A DNA stretch of 64,000 nucleotides from Planctomycetota bacterium (GCA_044222185.1 JBGANV010000001.1:320001-384000); one strand, 5' to 3'; counted from the stretch's first letter, positions 36,941 through 50,577 are shown. Notes: generated by a model from the sequence alone, not told the origin. Numbers and translations: made by a program.

Positions 36941-38232
36941 TCGAACGGGACGGGCGCCTCGCGGATCCCGCGCGAGAGCCGTTACCATCCGCCATGAACG
37001 ATCGCAGCGAGAGCTCCTCTTCCGCATCCGCATCGCGTCGCAAGCTCGCCTTCTCGACCTGGGGCGGCACGACGGACACGGCCGGAGACCCGGCATGCTC
37101 GGCATTCCTCGCCGAGCTTTGCAACGTGGATCGGGCGGCGGCACGGACGCTCACGCACGGATTCCACCGTTATGCGGGGCGCATGCCCCCGACGGTGGCA
37201 CGCGGAGTCATCGCGCGGTTCAGTGCGCCGGGTGATCTGGTCGTCGATCCGTTCTGCGGCAGCGGCACGGTCATGGTCGAGGCCTACGCGGCGGGGCGGC
37301 AGGCCATCGGCTCGGACGCGTCTCCACTCGCCGTGCTCATCGCGCGCGTGCGATGCACGCTGCTCGACGACGCGATGAGGGACCGCCTGCTCACCGAGGC
37401 CGATAGGATTTCGCGTGAGGCCGTGGGGCTCGCGCGCAAGCGCGTGAAGCCAGACGTCCCCGAGTGGGGGTCGAGCGAGTTCACGCGGTTCCCGCCGCAC
37501 GTGGCGCTGGAGCTGTTCACCCTCCTCGCGTTGCTGCCTCCCGTCGTGGCCGATCCCGTCGATCGCGCGCTGTGGCTGTCGTTCTCGTCGATCCTGGGGA
37601 AATTCAGCGCGAACAAGCGCGAAGTCGACGAGGACGGCGACCCGGTACCGAATCGCTTCGGTCGCGGGATGGCATCCCGGCTGTTCGGAGACCGCGTGCG
37701 TGAGCTCGTCGACGGACTCCGGGCCCTGGGAGCGCTCGTTCCCGCCGGCACGCCACCGCCGAAGATCCGGTTGGCGGACGCGCGCGATCTCGGCCACGTC
37801 GGGACCGCGACGGCTGCACTCGTCGCGTCGTCTCCTCCGTACGCTTCCGTCTACGACTACGCCGAGATGCACGACGTGAGTTTTCGCTGGCTCGACCTGG
37901 ATCGTCGGCCCATCGACCGCTCGCAGATCGGAGCGCGAACGCCGCACGGCTCCAACTCCTCGTCAGCGTGGGAGCCGGCCCGCCGCGCGTGGCTCTCCGA
38001 GGTCGTGCGCGTCCTACGACCGGATGGACACGCCTTTCTCGCCATCGGCGACGGGATCGTCGACGATGCGCCCGAGGACGCCGTCGCGCGCACCGTGGAC
38101 GTGGGCCGCGACGTCGGCCTGTCGTTCGTCGCGGTCGCGGCCCAGTCCCGACCCGTTCACGACCCGTTGCTCCAATACGTGTTCGCGGGGTGCGCGCGTC
38201 GCGAGAGCCTGATCCTCTTGCGGCGCCGCTGA
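36937..38232 (+). CDS. Orphan amino (N4-cytosine-type) DNA methyltransferase
   Basis: THGFHRYAGRM; motif I DPFCGSGT precedes motif IV SSPPY; VLRPDG; alternative start 36994. Confidence 0.8.
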   Translation: MIERDGRLADPAREPLPSAMNDRSESSSSASASRRKLAFSTWGGTTDTAGDPACSAFLAELCNVDRAAARTLTHGFHRYAGRMPPTVARGVIARFSAPGDLVVDPFCGSGTVMVEAYAAGRQAIGSDASPLAVLIARVRCTLLDDAMRDRLLTEADRISREAVGLARKRVKPDVPEWGSSEFTRFPPHVALELFTLLALLPPVVADPVDRALWLSFSSILGKFSANKREVDEDGDPVPNRFGRGMASRLFGDRVRELVDGLRALGALVPAGTPPPKIRLADARDLGHVGTATAALVASSPPYASVYDYAEMHDVSFRWLDLDRRPIDRSQIGARTPHGSNSSSAWEPARRAWLSEVVRVLRPDGHAFLAIGDGIVDDAPEDAVARTVDVGRDVGLSFVAVAAQSRPVHDPLLQYVFAGCARRESLILLRRR

Positions 38233-38284
38233 TCGATGGGCCGGCGACCAGCGATCCCTGCTGGTACGATCGCGTCCCGCAACC

Positions 38285-38662
38285 ATGAAGCGCGCTCACT
38301 TCGAGACTCTCGTCCGCCGCGCCATCGATCGCCTGCCGAAGCAGTTTCGCGATCATCTGGCTAACGTCGAGTTCATCGTCGATGACCGGCCGTCGGCCGA
38401 GGTGCTGGAACTGGCCGGCATCGCACCGGAGGACGATGACCTCCTCGGCTTCTACGACGGAGTGCCGCTCACCGAGCGAAGCGAGTACTCGGACGCGCCG
38501 AGCCCGGTCACCGACACGATCTACCTGTTTCAGAAATCCCTGGAAGAGATGTGCCAGACCGAGGACGAACTGGTCGAGGAGATCCGGATCACGGTGCTTC
38601 ACGAGATCGGTCACCACTTCGGGCTGGACGACGACGAGATCGAGGAACTGGGCTTCGGGTGA
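38285..38662 (+). CDS. Zincin_1 (DUF1025-type) metallopeptidase family protein
   Basis: LLGFYDGVPLTER and ITVLHEIGHHFG. Confidence 0.9.
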   Translation: MKRAHFETLVRRAIDRLPKQFRDHLANVEFIVDDRPSAEVLELAGIAPEDDDLLGFYDGVPLTERSEYSDAPSPVTDTIYLFQKSLEEMCQTEDELVEEIRITVLHEIGHHFGLDDDEIEELGFG

Positions 38663-38704
38663 CGGACGCCTTGTCGCCGCCTCGGGTCGCCGCGAAACTG
38701 GAGC

Positions 38705-39898
38705 GTGCCAAGAGACTCCCTCGTCGACGAACTCATCGAGCAGGCTCCTGACGGCGGGCCGGTCCGCATCGCGAAGGCTCCATACCGGATCTCGCCGCTT
38801 GGTGCCCACACCGATCACCAGAACGGGCTCGTGCTCGGGTTTTCCCTGAAGGCATGCGTCCGCATCGCGTTCCGCGCGCGTGACGACGGCGTGGTGCAGG
38901 CGACGTCGCGTGATTTCCCCGGGGTCGTGAACTTCGACCTGGCGGCGATCGGGCCTCGGGACGGGACGTTCGGTGACTACCTCCGCGGCATCGCACAGGC
39001 GCTGGTCGGCCGCGGCGGCATCTCGCGGGGGATCGTGGCGCGAATCAGCGGCGAACTCCAACCGGGGGGAGTCTCGAGCAGCGCGGCGTTGCAGATCGCC
39101 TTCATGCTCGCACTTGCCGACGCGAACGGCGTCCGGCTCGACAAGGCGGAAATGGTCCGGCTCGTGGTCGCCGCCGAGCGAAACTATGCGGGTGTGCAGG
39201 TCGGGGTCCTCGATCCGACGATCATCCTCCATGGCGACGACGGCCGGCTCGTGTCGCTCGATTGCGCCGAGGGGACGCCGCGAGCGCAGCGAATTCCCGG
39301 CTCGCTCCCAAGATTCGAGGTCATGCTGGTCGAATCGGGCGTCAAGCGCGATCTTCGCACGGCGCCGTACAACGAACGCGTCGCCGAGTGCCGTGAGGCG
39401 GCGAGGCTGCTCGGGTCGACGAGCGACGTGCCGATGCTCTCCGAGTTCTCCGTCGAGGACGTGCGCCGCAGGCGTGCTTCGCTGCCACCGGTTCTCGCGA
39501 GGCGCGCCGAGCACGTCGTCAGCGAGAACAAACGGGTCCGCAACGGGATGACGCTTCTCCAGCAGGGGGACCTGCGGAACTTCGGGCAGCTCATGACGGC
39601 ATCCGGGCGCAGCATGATCACGCACTTTGGAGCTGGAACGCCGGAGACGACTGCGCTCCTCGATCTGCTCGCCGCCGACCCCTCCGTCTTCGGCGCGTGT
39701 CTCTCCGGCGCCGGGTTCGGTGGCAGCCTCATGGCGTTCATCCAGCCCGGCACCATGGGGGCGATCCGCGATCGCGTCACCGCGGCGCTCGCCGTCACGG
39801 ATCCGGAATGTGCACGGACGGCGACCTTCCGCGTCACGTCCATTGGCGGTGCGTGCAGTGTCGTCGATGCGGGGGCGCCTGATGGCCGCACCGCGTGA
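38705..39898 (+). CDS. GHMP sugar kinase, galactokinase family, galacturonokinase-like
   Basis: APYRISPLGAHTDH, GVSSSAA, YNERVAEC, HVVSENKRV and SGAGFGG motifs. Confidence 0.85.
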   Translation: MPRDSLVDELIEQAPDGGPVRIAKAPYRISPLGAHTDHQNGLVLGFSLKACVRIAFRARDDGVVQATSRDFPGVVNFDLAAIGPRDGTFGDYLRGIAQALVGRGGISRGIVARISGELQPGGVSSSAALQIAFMLALADANGVRLDKAEMVRLVVAAERNYAGVQVGVLDPTIILHGDDGRLVSLDCAEGTPRAQRIPGSLPRFEVMLVESGVKRDLRTAPYNERVAECREAARLLGSTSDVPMLSEFSVEDVRRRRASLPPVLARRAEHVVSENKRVRNGMTLLQQGDLRNFGQLMTASGRSMITHFGAGTPETTALLDLLAADPSVFGACLSGAGFGGSLMAFIQPGTMGAIRDRVTAALAVTDPECARTATFRVTSIGGACSVVDAGAPDGRTA

Positions 39899-40400
39899 TC
39901 GCTCGCGAGCCGAGATGGTCGAAGCCCTCGCCGCCGCGCTGCAGCTGATCGCGGAGAACGACGGGGCCGCCCTTCACCGCTCGGCGGGTGGGCGCCCGAG
40001 CGCAGGCGAGGTCGTCCTCGCCTGGGCCATCCTGGTCGAGAACGTCACGCTCAGGCTTGCTGACTGCGCGGAGAGAACACCGGAGAGCTCCTGGTTGTCG
40101 CGGGGGGCGCTCTTCGTGGCCCGCACCGCCATCTACTGGATGCCCGACCCGTCCTTGGATTTCGCCGCCGTCGCCCGAGGGACCCTGCTGCCTGCGGATG
40201 CCCTGAAGCGGCGTTGCGCGGACGCCGTGGCGGGATTCCTCGCCCTGTTGGAATCGGTGCCGGACAAAGGAGATGGGGCGCAGGTCTGGGCCTCTCACTC
40301 GGCGTTCGGCCCCGTTCCGGCCCGTTCCTGGGCGAGACTGCTTCTTGCCGCCATTCGGGATTCGGAGCGCCGGCTGCTCCGAGGGCGCGCCTCGAGCTGA
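39882..40400 (+). CDS. Hypothetical protein, possibly DinB/DUF1569-like helical fold
   Basis: Overlaps the kinase stop; C-terminal HSAFGP...W motif; helical composition. Confidence 0.45.
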   Translation: MAAPRDRSRAEMVEALAAALQLIAENDGAALHRSAGGRPSAGEVVLAWAILVENVTLRLADCAERTPESSWLSRGALFVARTAIYWMPDPSLDFAAVARGTLLPADALKRRCADAVAGFLALLESVPDKGDGAQVWASHSAFGPVPARSWARLLLAAIRDSERRLLRGRASS

Positions 40401-40486
40401 GCCTCGCGATTGCCGCGCGTCGCGGTCGGGAGTAAGCTCGCGCCCACGAAAGCGCCGGGAAAGGGGCCTGGCGCCGAGGGCGAACG

Positions 40487-40882
40487 ATGAACAACCCTTC
40501 AGTGCTCGTGGTCGCCTCGAACGCGTTCCTGCGCTCACTGATGGCGGACCTGCTGCGCGTCAACGACGTCGTGTGCGCGCGCGCCGATGGTCCTCACGAT
40601 GCGCAGGTCGAGATCTCCCGGATCGACCCGCTGATCGTCGTCGTCGACTGGGACATGCCTGACGGAGGCGCCGAGCACGTCATCCGCGCATGTGGTCCCG
40701 AGCGTTTCGTCCTGGTCGCCGCCGATACGCGGCGGGTCGATCCCTCTGCCATCACTCGGTTGCCTGGCGTCGCCGGAGTCGTCCGGACGCCCCTCGAGAC
40801 CGGCTCGTTCGCTCGCGTCGTCACTCGTGAGCTGCGGCGCCTCTCGATTCTCGCGGACGCCACGTCGACTCGCGGGTTTTGA
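40487..40882 (+). CDS. Single-domain response regulator receiver
   Basis: LIVVVDWDMPDGG (phospho-Asp); conserved Lys apparently absent (VVRTPL). Confidence 0.7.
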   Translation: MNNPSVLVVASNAFLRSLMADLLRVNDVVCARADGPHDAQVEISRIDPLIVVVDWDMPDGGAEHVIRACGPERFVLVAADTRRVDPSAITRLPGVAGVVRTPLETGSFARVVTRELRRLSILADATSTRGF

Positions 40883-40912
40883 CGGGGTGCCCGTCGTGTC
40901 ATAGTCGCCGCC

Positions 40913-41356
40913 ATGCCCCGTCGCGGATCGACTTTGCGGCCGTTCGTCCTTCTCGCCCTCACACTTTGTGCGTGCTCCGGGCCGTCGGCGCCCGACGAGC
41001 AGGGCGGAGGAGCCGTGCTGATCACGCCTCAGCCGGCCGCCATGCGCGCTGCGGGCTGGCTCGAGTTTCGCGATCTCACGTTCCATCCCGTGTCCGAGAA
41101 GGGACCTCCGCGCGAACCGTTCGTGCGCGGCGAAGCCGTCGGCGCCTACTTCGATCCGACCTCCGAGATCACTGGCCCGTTGGGGGATCCACCAAAGGAC
41201 CGCAACGTCACGAAGGGCTGGCTCGAACTGCGGACGCGCGCCTTCTTCCGATCGGACGACCCGCGCCAGAAGACGCCGCCGTACGTCGAAGGCTCACGCG
41301 ATGACGACACGGGCGGGTTCTTCCCCGCGTCACCCCTCGTCCGCACGCTCCCGTGA
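40913..41356 (+). CDS. Hypothetical lipoprotein
   Basis: Lipobox LCAC after a hydrophobic stretch; internal duplication GWLE(F/L)R...PF/PYV.G. Confidence 0.65.
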   Translation: MPRRGSTLRPFVLLALTLCACSGPSAPDEQGGGAVLITPQPAAMRAAGWLEFRDLTFHPVSEKGPPREPFVRGEAVGAYFDPTSEITGPLGDPPKDRNVTKGWLELRTRAFFRSDDPRQKTPPYVEGSRDDDTGGFFPASPLVRTLP

Positions 41357-41366
41357 GGCTGGCGGT

Positions 41367-42446
41367 TTGAAGAAGCGGGTGCCCGGTGCTGCTGCCGCGG
41401 AGGCGTTGATCGCCTGGTTTCGGCGACATCAGCGAGACTTGCCGTGGCGACGTGACCGCTCCCCGTACCGGGTCTGGGTTTCGGAGGTGATGCTCCAACA
41501 GACGACCGTCGAGACGGTGAAACCCGCCTTCGAACGCTTCGTCGCGCGCTACCCCACGGTCCAAGCTCTCGCGAAGGCCAGGCCGGAGGACGTGCTCGCG
41601 GCCTGGTCGGGGCTCGGCTACTACCGGCGCGCGCGATTGCTGCACCAGGGCGCACAGGCGTGCGTCGAGCACCATCGGGGAGCCGTTCCCGACGATCCGG
41701 CGCAGATCCGGGAGCTGCCGGGGGTGGGTGACTACACGGCCGGCGCGATCGGGTCGCTCGCCTTCGGACACGCGATGCCCGCGATCGACGGCAACGTGGG
41801 ACGTGTCCTGTCGCGACTCGACGCCGCACGGGTCGACGTGACGAACGCGCGAGACCGTCGTGAGCTCGGCGACGCGCTCCTCGATTGGATGCCGCGCGAT
41901 CGTGCCGGCGAGTTCAACGAGGCGCTCATCGAACTCGGTGCCGTCGTGTGCCGTCCCACCTCGCCGAAGTGCGGCGACTGTCCCGTCTCTCGGTGGTGCG
42001 CCGCGCTAGCCGAAGGGAGTGTCGATCGGTTTCCGGCGAGACGCGCCCGACCGGAGACCGTCGAGGTCGTCTCGGTCCGCGCCCTCGTCGTCGTGAATGG
42101 CCGCGCCCTCGTGACGCGTCGGGCGGAGGCGTCGAAATTGCTCGCGGGTTTCGAGGAGCTGCCCGGCCGCTGGCTGCGAGCAGGCGAAGACCGAAGGGGA
42201 GTGATCGCTGCGGCGCTCGGCGATCTGGGATTCCGCGACGTGAGGCCGGGGCGCCTCGTGGCGGACGCCCGCCACGCCATCACTCGGCATCGCATTCGGA
42301 GTGAGGCCTACGCCGTCGTCGCGCGGGCGCCGAACAGGCTTCCGGACGACGCACGCTTCATCCCGATCGCAGAGCTGTCCGGGCGCGGGGTGACGACGGA
42401 GACCCGCAAGCTCGCGCGCGGTTTCAGCGCGGAGTCGGAGGCCTGA
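41367..42446 (+). CDS. mutY: A/G-specific adenine glycosylase MutY
   Basis: RDLPWRR, WVSEVMLQQT, WSGLGYYRRAR, HhH LPGVGDYTAGAI, DGNVGRV and Fe-S motif CRPTSPKCGDCPVSRWC; start (TTG) uncertain. Confidence 0.95.
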   Translation: MKKRVPGAAAAEALIAWFRRHQRDLPWRRDRSPYRVWVSEVMLQQTTVETVKPAFERFVARYPTVQALAKARPEDVLAAWSGLGYYRRARLLHQGAQACVEHHRGAVPDDPAQIRELPGVGDYTAGAIGSLAFGHAMPAIDGNVGRVLSRLDAARVDVTNARDRRELGDALLDWMPRDRAGEFNEALIELGAVVCRPTSPKCGDCPVSRWCAALAEGSVDRFPARRARPETVEVVSVRALVVVNGRALVTRRAEASKLLAGFEELPGRWLRAGEDRRGVIAAALGDLGFRDVRPGRLVADARHAITRHRIRSEAYAVVARAPNRLPDDARFIPIAELSGRGVTTETRKLARGFSAESEA

Positions 42447-43498
42447 TGCCCGCGCGCGACGAGAACCGCGGACGCCGGCGCGGCCCCGATCGGGGGCGAC
42501 CGCAACGCTCCGGGGCAGGCCCCGCCGGCGGGCGAGGGCCGCACGGGCGCCGTCAGGATGCCGGAAGCGCACGTCGCACGGGGCCGACGAACGATGCGCC
42601 GTGGCACTTCGTGGAGGCGCGACGCCTCCTGGAGCAGGGCGCCGTCCGCGCGGCGATGGAGCAGGCGGGATTCGGCATCCGCCTCGAGACTGACGACCCG
42701 GAGGGCTTCCTGATCCTCGGCGAGATCAACCTCGCCGACGGCAACCTGGCGGAGGCGCGACGGGACTTCGAGGCGGCGTTGAAGAAAGCCGAGCGGCGTC
42801 GCGCCCTCGACTCCGATGGAGGCGACCCGCGGCTGCGTGCGCTGCTCGGGCTGTCGCAGACGGCGCGTCTCGCGGGCGACCTGGCGACCGTCGTCAAGCA
42901 TCTCGTGGCGGCCATTCGCCTCGACCCGTCGGATCCGTTCGTCCTCGGTCCCATGCTGGCCGAGGCGGCGCTCCTCGTGTCCGATCACGACCTCGCGGCA
43001 CGTCACGTCGGAGCTCCCGACGGGGCGCCACCGGATCAGCACGCGGTCGCGGCGCTGATTCACCTGCGACGCGGCGAGACGGCCGATGCGGTGCTGCGGA
43101 CGCGGCTTGCGTTCTTCGGCAACCTCTACCTCCTGGCCGCATTCATGGGGGAGGAGCCACCGCACCACGGGATCGCGCACGGGTTCGAGGAGGCGACTCC
43201 CGAGTACGCGGCGGAGGTCGCGGATCGACTGGCTGCGTTGTTCGCGGCAGATCCCGAGTTGGTCGACGCCATGGCAGCCGTGGCGGCAACGCGTGTGGTC
43301 CAGGAGGAGATCGCGGAGTTCGTGGAGATCGCGAAGCGGCTCTCGAGGGAGCCCGACGCGGTGCGGCGCGCGGCGCTGATCGCCCGGGCATCCGAGTTGC
43401 GGGACCCGCGCCGGCTGGAGGCGACGACGCCGTCGGTCCTCGCCGAGCTTTCCGAACCGGATGACCCGCACGAGGCGACGCCCCAGTTCGACGTTTGA
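42446..43498 (+). CDS. Tetratricopeptide-repeat protein
   Basis: TPR-like helices (LGEINLADGNLAEARRDFEAAL); TGATG coupling to mutY. Confidence 0.65.
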   Translation: MPARDENRGRRRGPDRGRPQRSGAGPAGGRGPHGRRQDAGSARRTGPTNDAPWHFVEARRLLEQGAVRAAMEQAGFGIRLETDDPEGFLILGEINLADGNLAEARRDFEAALKKAERRRALDSDGGDPRLRALLGLSQTARLAGDLATVVKHLVAAIRLDPSDPFVLGPMLAEAALLVSDHDLAARHVGAPDGAPPDQHAVAALIHLRRGETADAVLRTRLAFFGNLYLLAAFMGEEPPHHGIAHGFEEATPEYAAEVADRLAALFAADPELVDAMAAVAATRVVQEEIAEFVEIAKRLSREPDAVRRAALIARASELRDPRRLEATTPSVLAELSEPDDPHEATPQFDV

Positions 43499-43504
43499 TC
43501 CGGG

Positions 43505-43759
43505 CTACGACGCCGCGTCGTCGTGGGACTCGGCTTCTGCGGCAGCGGCTGCGGCGGCCGCCAGCTCCTGTTCGCGCCGGGCGATCTCGATCTTCTTCTT
43601 CGCGCGGCGGTAGCTGCCCCACACCAGGTAGACGAACAGCGCCGAGCCGAGGACGAGGGCCACGATCCGGACCGTGTCCGGCTGGGCCCGTTCGAGCAAC
43701 AGCGCACCGATCATCACGGCGAGGATGATCGGCACGAGGAGTGATTCGAGTCGTTGCAT
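43505..43759 (-). CDS. Small two-TM membrane protein
   Basis: GGAG RBS; two hydrophobic helices then RRAKKK; fits the gap between flanking genes. Confidence 0.65.
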   Translation of the reverse strand: MQRLESLLVPIILAVMIGALLLERAQPDTVRIVALVLGSALFVYLVWGSYRRAKKKIEIARREQELAAAAAAAAEAESHDDAAS

Positions 43760-43862
43760 GAGGTGGACTCCATCGCTTCCGGACGGAGGCGTGGATGGTA
43801 CCATCGCGGCGATTTTGGCCCGACGGCGACCGAACGTGCGGCCGCGCGTGCCCGACCCGACC

Positions 43863-47829
<3,967 letters not shown>

Positions 47830-47871
47830 TGCCCCGGGGACACGCCAATAGAATCCGCGGCCACTTTTCCC

Positions 47872-47961
47872 GGAGAGGTGCCGGAGTGGTCGAACGGGCC
47901 GGTTTCGAAAACCGGTGTGCGGGCAACCGTACCTAGGGTTCGAATCCCTACCTCTCCGCCA
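47872..47961 (+). tRNA. tRNA-Ser(CGA)
   Basis: GGAGAGG/CCTCTCC acceptor stem; anticodon arm CCGGT-TTCGAAA-ACCGG; long variable arm; encoded CCA. Confidence 0.97.
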
Positions 47962-48036
47962 TTTTCATCCTGATTCATCGCCCGCGCGCGGGGGCGAGAC
48001 GGCTCGGCCGGGAAGGCCCAGTCGGTTCGAGCGCCT

Positions 48037-48123
48037 GGAGAGGTGTCAGAGTGGCCGAATGAGCGCGCTTGGAAAGCGCGTATACGGGCAACCGTATCGG
48101 GGGTTCGAATCCCCCCCTCTCCG
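48037..48123 (+). tRNA. tRNA-Ser(GGA), CCA not encoded
   Basis: GGAGAGG/CCTCTCC acceptor stem; anticodon arm CGCGC-TTGGAAA-GCGCG; long variable arm. Confidence 0.97.
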
Positions 48124-48172
48124 TCGTCGCGGGCAGCGTGGTAATCCGCCGCTCGCGGCCTATCATGGACCC

Positions 48173-48329
48173 TCTTCGCGGTCGCGAGACGCGAAGGACT
48201 TCCCGGTTGTGCTCCGTGGAATGGGGACTGCCGAAACAGGTCAGGCCTTGACGGGAGCAGCCTTCACGTAGCTCGCCATGTGCCGCGATCGGCATGGCCG
48301 GGGAGTCCTTGGCGTCTCGCACCGGAAGA
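48173..48329 (+). ncRNA. ffs: Signal recognition particle RNA
   Basis: Helix-8 motif GGTCAGG-CCT-TGAC-GGG-AGCAGCC; long closing helix (TCTTC..GCGAGACGC..AAGGACT / AGTCCTT..GCGTCTCGC..GAAGA); TATCAT -10 at 48161; lies between tadA/tRNA-Ser and dnaX. Confidence 0.88.
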
Positions 48330-48414
48330 CGTCGCGCATGTCACCCGGTAGCCCCATCATGGCGCCGATGAACCCCGCGGTGCCCACTCGGTGCTCTCGT
48401 CGCAAGGCACGTCC

Positions 48415-50145
48415 GTGACCTATCAGCCGTTCACCCTCAAGTATCGCCCCCAGACGTTCTCGGACGTCGTGGGACAGACGCCTGTCGCGACGACGCTGAA
48501 GAATGCCCTTCGGGACGGCCGGGTCGCCAACGCCTATCTCTTCACGGGCAGCCGAGGCGTGGGCAAGACGTCCATGGCGCGGATCCTGGCGAAGGCCCTG
48601 AACTGCCCGTCCGTCGTCGACAACGAGCCGTGCAACGCCTGCGAGATCTGCAACGCCATCTCCGTCGGCGAGGACATCGACGTGATGGAGATCGACGGCG
48701 CGAGCAATCGCGGCGTCGACGAGATCCGGAGCATCCGCGACAACGTGAGCTATCTGCCGGCGCGGGCGGCACACAAGATCTACATCATCGACGAGGTGCA
48801 CATGCTCACCATCCAGGCCTTCAACGCCTTGTTGAAGACGCTGGAAGAGCCACCGGCGCACGTCAAGTTCATCTTCGCGACGACCGAGCTCCAGGACGTC
48901 CCTGAGACCATCGTCTCGCGCTGCCAGCGCTTCGAATTCCGCCGGATCACGGTCAACGACCTGGTGGATCGGCTGCGGCACATCTGCCAACGCGAGGCCA
49001 TCGAAGCGGAGGAGCCGGTGCTCGAGGCCATCGCGCGGAAGGCCGAGGGCGGGCTGCGCGACTCCGTCGGACTCCTGGATCAGGTCGTCTCGTTTGCAGG
49101 CCAGAAACTCGCCATCGAGGACGTGGACCGCGCGCTCGGCAGCGTCGACGTGGAGCGGATCCGTGGCCTGCTCATCGCCTGCGGCGACGGCGATCCAGCG
49201 GGCGTCATGCGTGCTCTCGACGAAGCATTCGAGGCGGGGCGCGATGCGGAAGAACTCCTGAAGCAGATCCTCGAAGTGCTGCGAGACGCCATGTCGTCGA
49301 CGGCCCGGGGTCAGGCCAGCACGGGAGGGGCCCGCCGGGCGCCGCTCGTGGAAGACGTGAAGGCGCGCTTCGACCTGGACCGCCTCTTGTTCTCCATCAG
49401 ACTGCTCCTGAACACCTGGCGCGAGGTGCGGCAGGTCGGCCAGGGGCGACTCCAGCTCGAGATCGCATTCCTGAAGCTCGCGCGGTCCGTGGACCTCGTC
49501 CCGTGGACCGAGATCCTCACGCGACTCGAACGGGGGGAGGCTGTAGGCGGAGGCGCCCCGGCGGCGGCGGCCCCCGCGCCCGCCGGCGGCCCGTTCACGC
49601 GCCCACTGGCGTCTGCGCCGTTCGCCCCGCGGGCGCCGTTCACCCCGGCGAACCGCCCGGCGAATCCCACGCCTTCGCCAGCGCCCGCACAACGACCCCA
49701 GACCGCGCCACCGCAGGCGGCCGCGCCCGCGGAGGTCGTCCCACAGCCCGAGGTCGACGCTCACCTTCCGCCGTTCGAGATCGTGAAGGCCCAATGGCCC
49801 AGGATCGTCGAGGGGTCGCAGAAGCAGAACGCGCGCATCTCCGCCATGCTCGAGCACGTCGAGGTCCTGCGCACTCAGGGGAGCATCCTGATGCTCGGCA
49901 TCCCGGCCAACCGCGCCATCAGCAAGCAGTCCCTCGAGATGCCTGCGAACCGCGAGATCGTCGAGAAGATCATCGCGAGCGCGCTCGGCGTCACACCCCG
50001 TGTGCGTTATGAACTCACCGCTGCCACGGCGCCATCAGCCCCCGCGCCGGGAACGCGCAAGGACGTGTACAGCGATCCGTCGGTCCGCAAGATCGTGGAC
50101 GCGTTGAACGGGGGCGTGATTCACATCGATCAGAGCAAGACATGA
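48415..50145 (+). CDS. dnaX: DNA polymerase III subunit gamma/tau
   Basis: KYRPQTFSDVVGQ, Walker A GSRGVGKT, EIDGASNRGVD, IIDEVHML and SRC. Confidence 0.97.
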   Translation: MTYQPFTLKYRPQTFSDVVGQTPVATTLKNALRDGRVANAYLFTGSRGVGKTSMARILAKALNCPSVVDNEPCNACEICNAISVGEDIDVMEIDGASNRGVDEIRSIRDNVSYLPARAAHKIYIIDEVHMLTIQAFNALLKTLEEPPAHVKFIFATTELQDVPETIVSRCQRFEFRRITVNDLVDRLRHICQREAIEAEEPVLEAIARKAEGGLRDSVGLLDQVVSFAGQKLAIEDVDRALGSVDVERIRGLLIACGDGDPAGVMRALDEAFEAGRDAEELLKQILEVLRDAMSSTARGQASTGGARRAPLVEDVKARFDLDRLLFSIRLLLNTWREVRQVGQGRLQLEIAFLKLARSVDLVPWTEILTRLERGEAVGGGAPAAAAPAPAGGPFTRPLASAPFAPRAPFTPANRPANPTPSPAPAQRPQTAPPQAAAPAEVVPQPEVDAHLPPFEIVKAQWPRIVEGSQKQNARISAMLEHVEVLRTQGSILMLGIPANRAISKQSLEMPANREIVEKIIASALGVTPRVRYELTAATAPSAPAPGTRKDVYSDPSVRKIVDALNGGVIHIDQSKT

Positions 50146-50462
50146 CAGGCTTCGACCCTCGGGCGATGATGGCGCAAGCCAAGAAGATGAAGGACGACCT
50201 TGCGCGGATCCAGGAGGATCTCAAGCAGCGGATGGTCGAGGGCGCAGCCGGCGGAGACCTCGTGAAAGTGGTCTGCAACGGTGCCCAGGAGATCCAGGCG
50301 ATCCGGATCAAGAAGGAAGCGATCGACCCCGATGATCCCGAGATGCTCGAGGACCTCGTGACCGTTGCCGTCAAGGCGGCGCTCGAGAAGAGTCGAAAGC
50401 TCCAGGAGCAGGAGACGTCCAAGGTCACCGGCGGCCTCGGCGGCCTCGGCGGTCTGTTCTGA
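50142..50462 (+). CDS. ybaB: YbaB/EbfC nucleoid-associated protein
   Basis: VEGAAGGDLVKV and DDPEMLEDLV; conserved synteny with dnaX and recR. Confidence 0.95.
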   Translation: MTGFDPRAMMAQAKKMKDDLARIQEDLKQRMVEGAAGGDLVKVVCNGAQEIQAIRIKKEAIDPDDPEMLEDLVTVAVKAALEKSRKLQEQETSKVTGGLGGLGGLF

Positions 50463-50577
50463 GGGACGCGCTCGTCCCGTCCGCACGCAGTCGACACCGG
50501 CCAACCGACGGACGGTTTCGTATAGAATGCCGCCTCCCTTTCGGGCAGGTTGTTCATCAGCAGGGCCGGTGCGCAGC

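Noticed and set aside
48415-50145. Programmed frameshift or slippage site in dnaX (gamma subunit)
   Set aside because: No A-AAA-AAG heptamer or poly-A run seen in the Pro/Ala-rich linker region.
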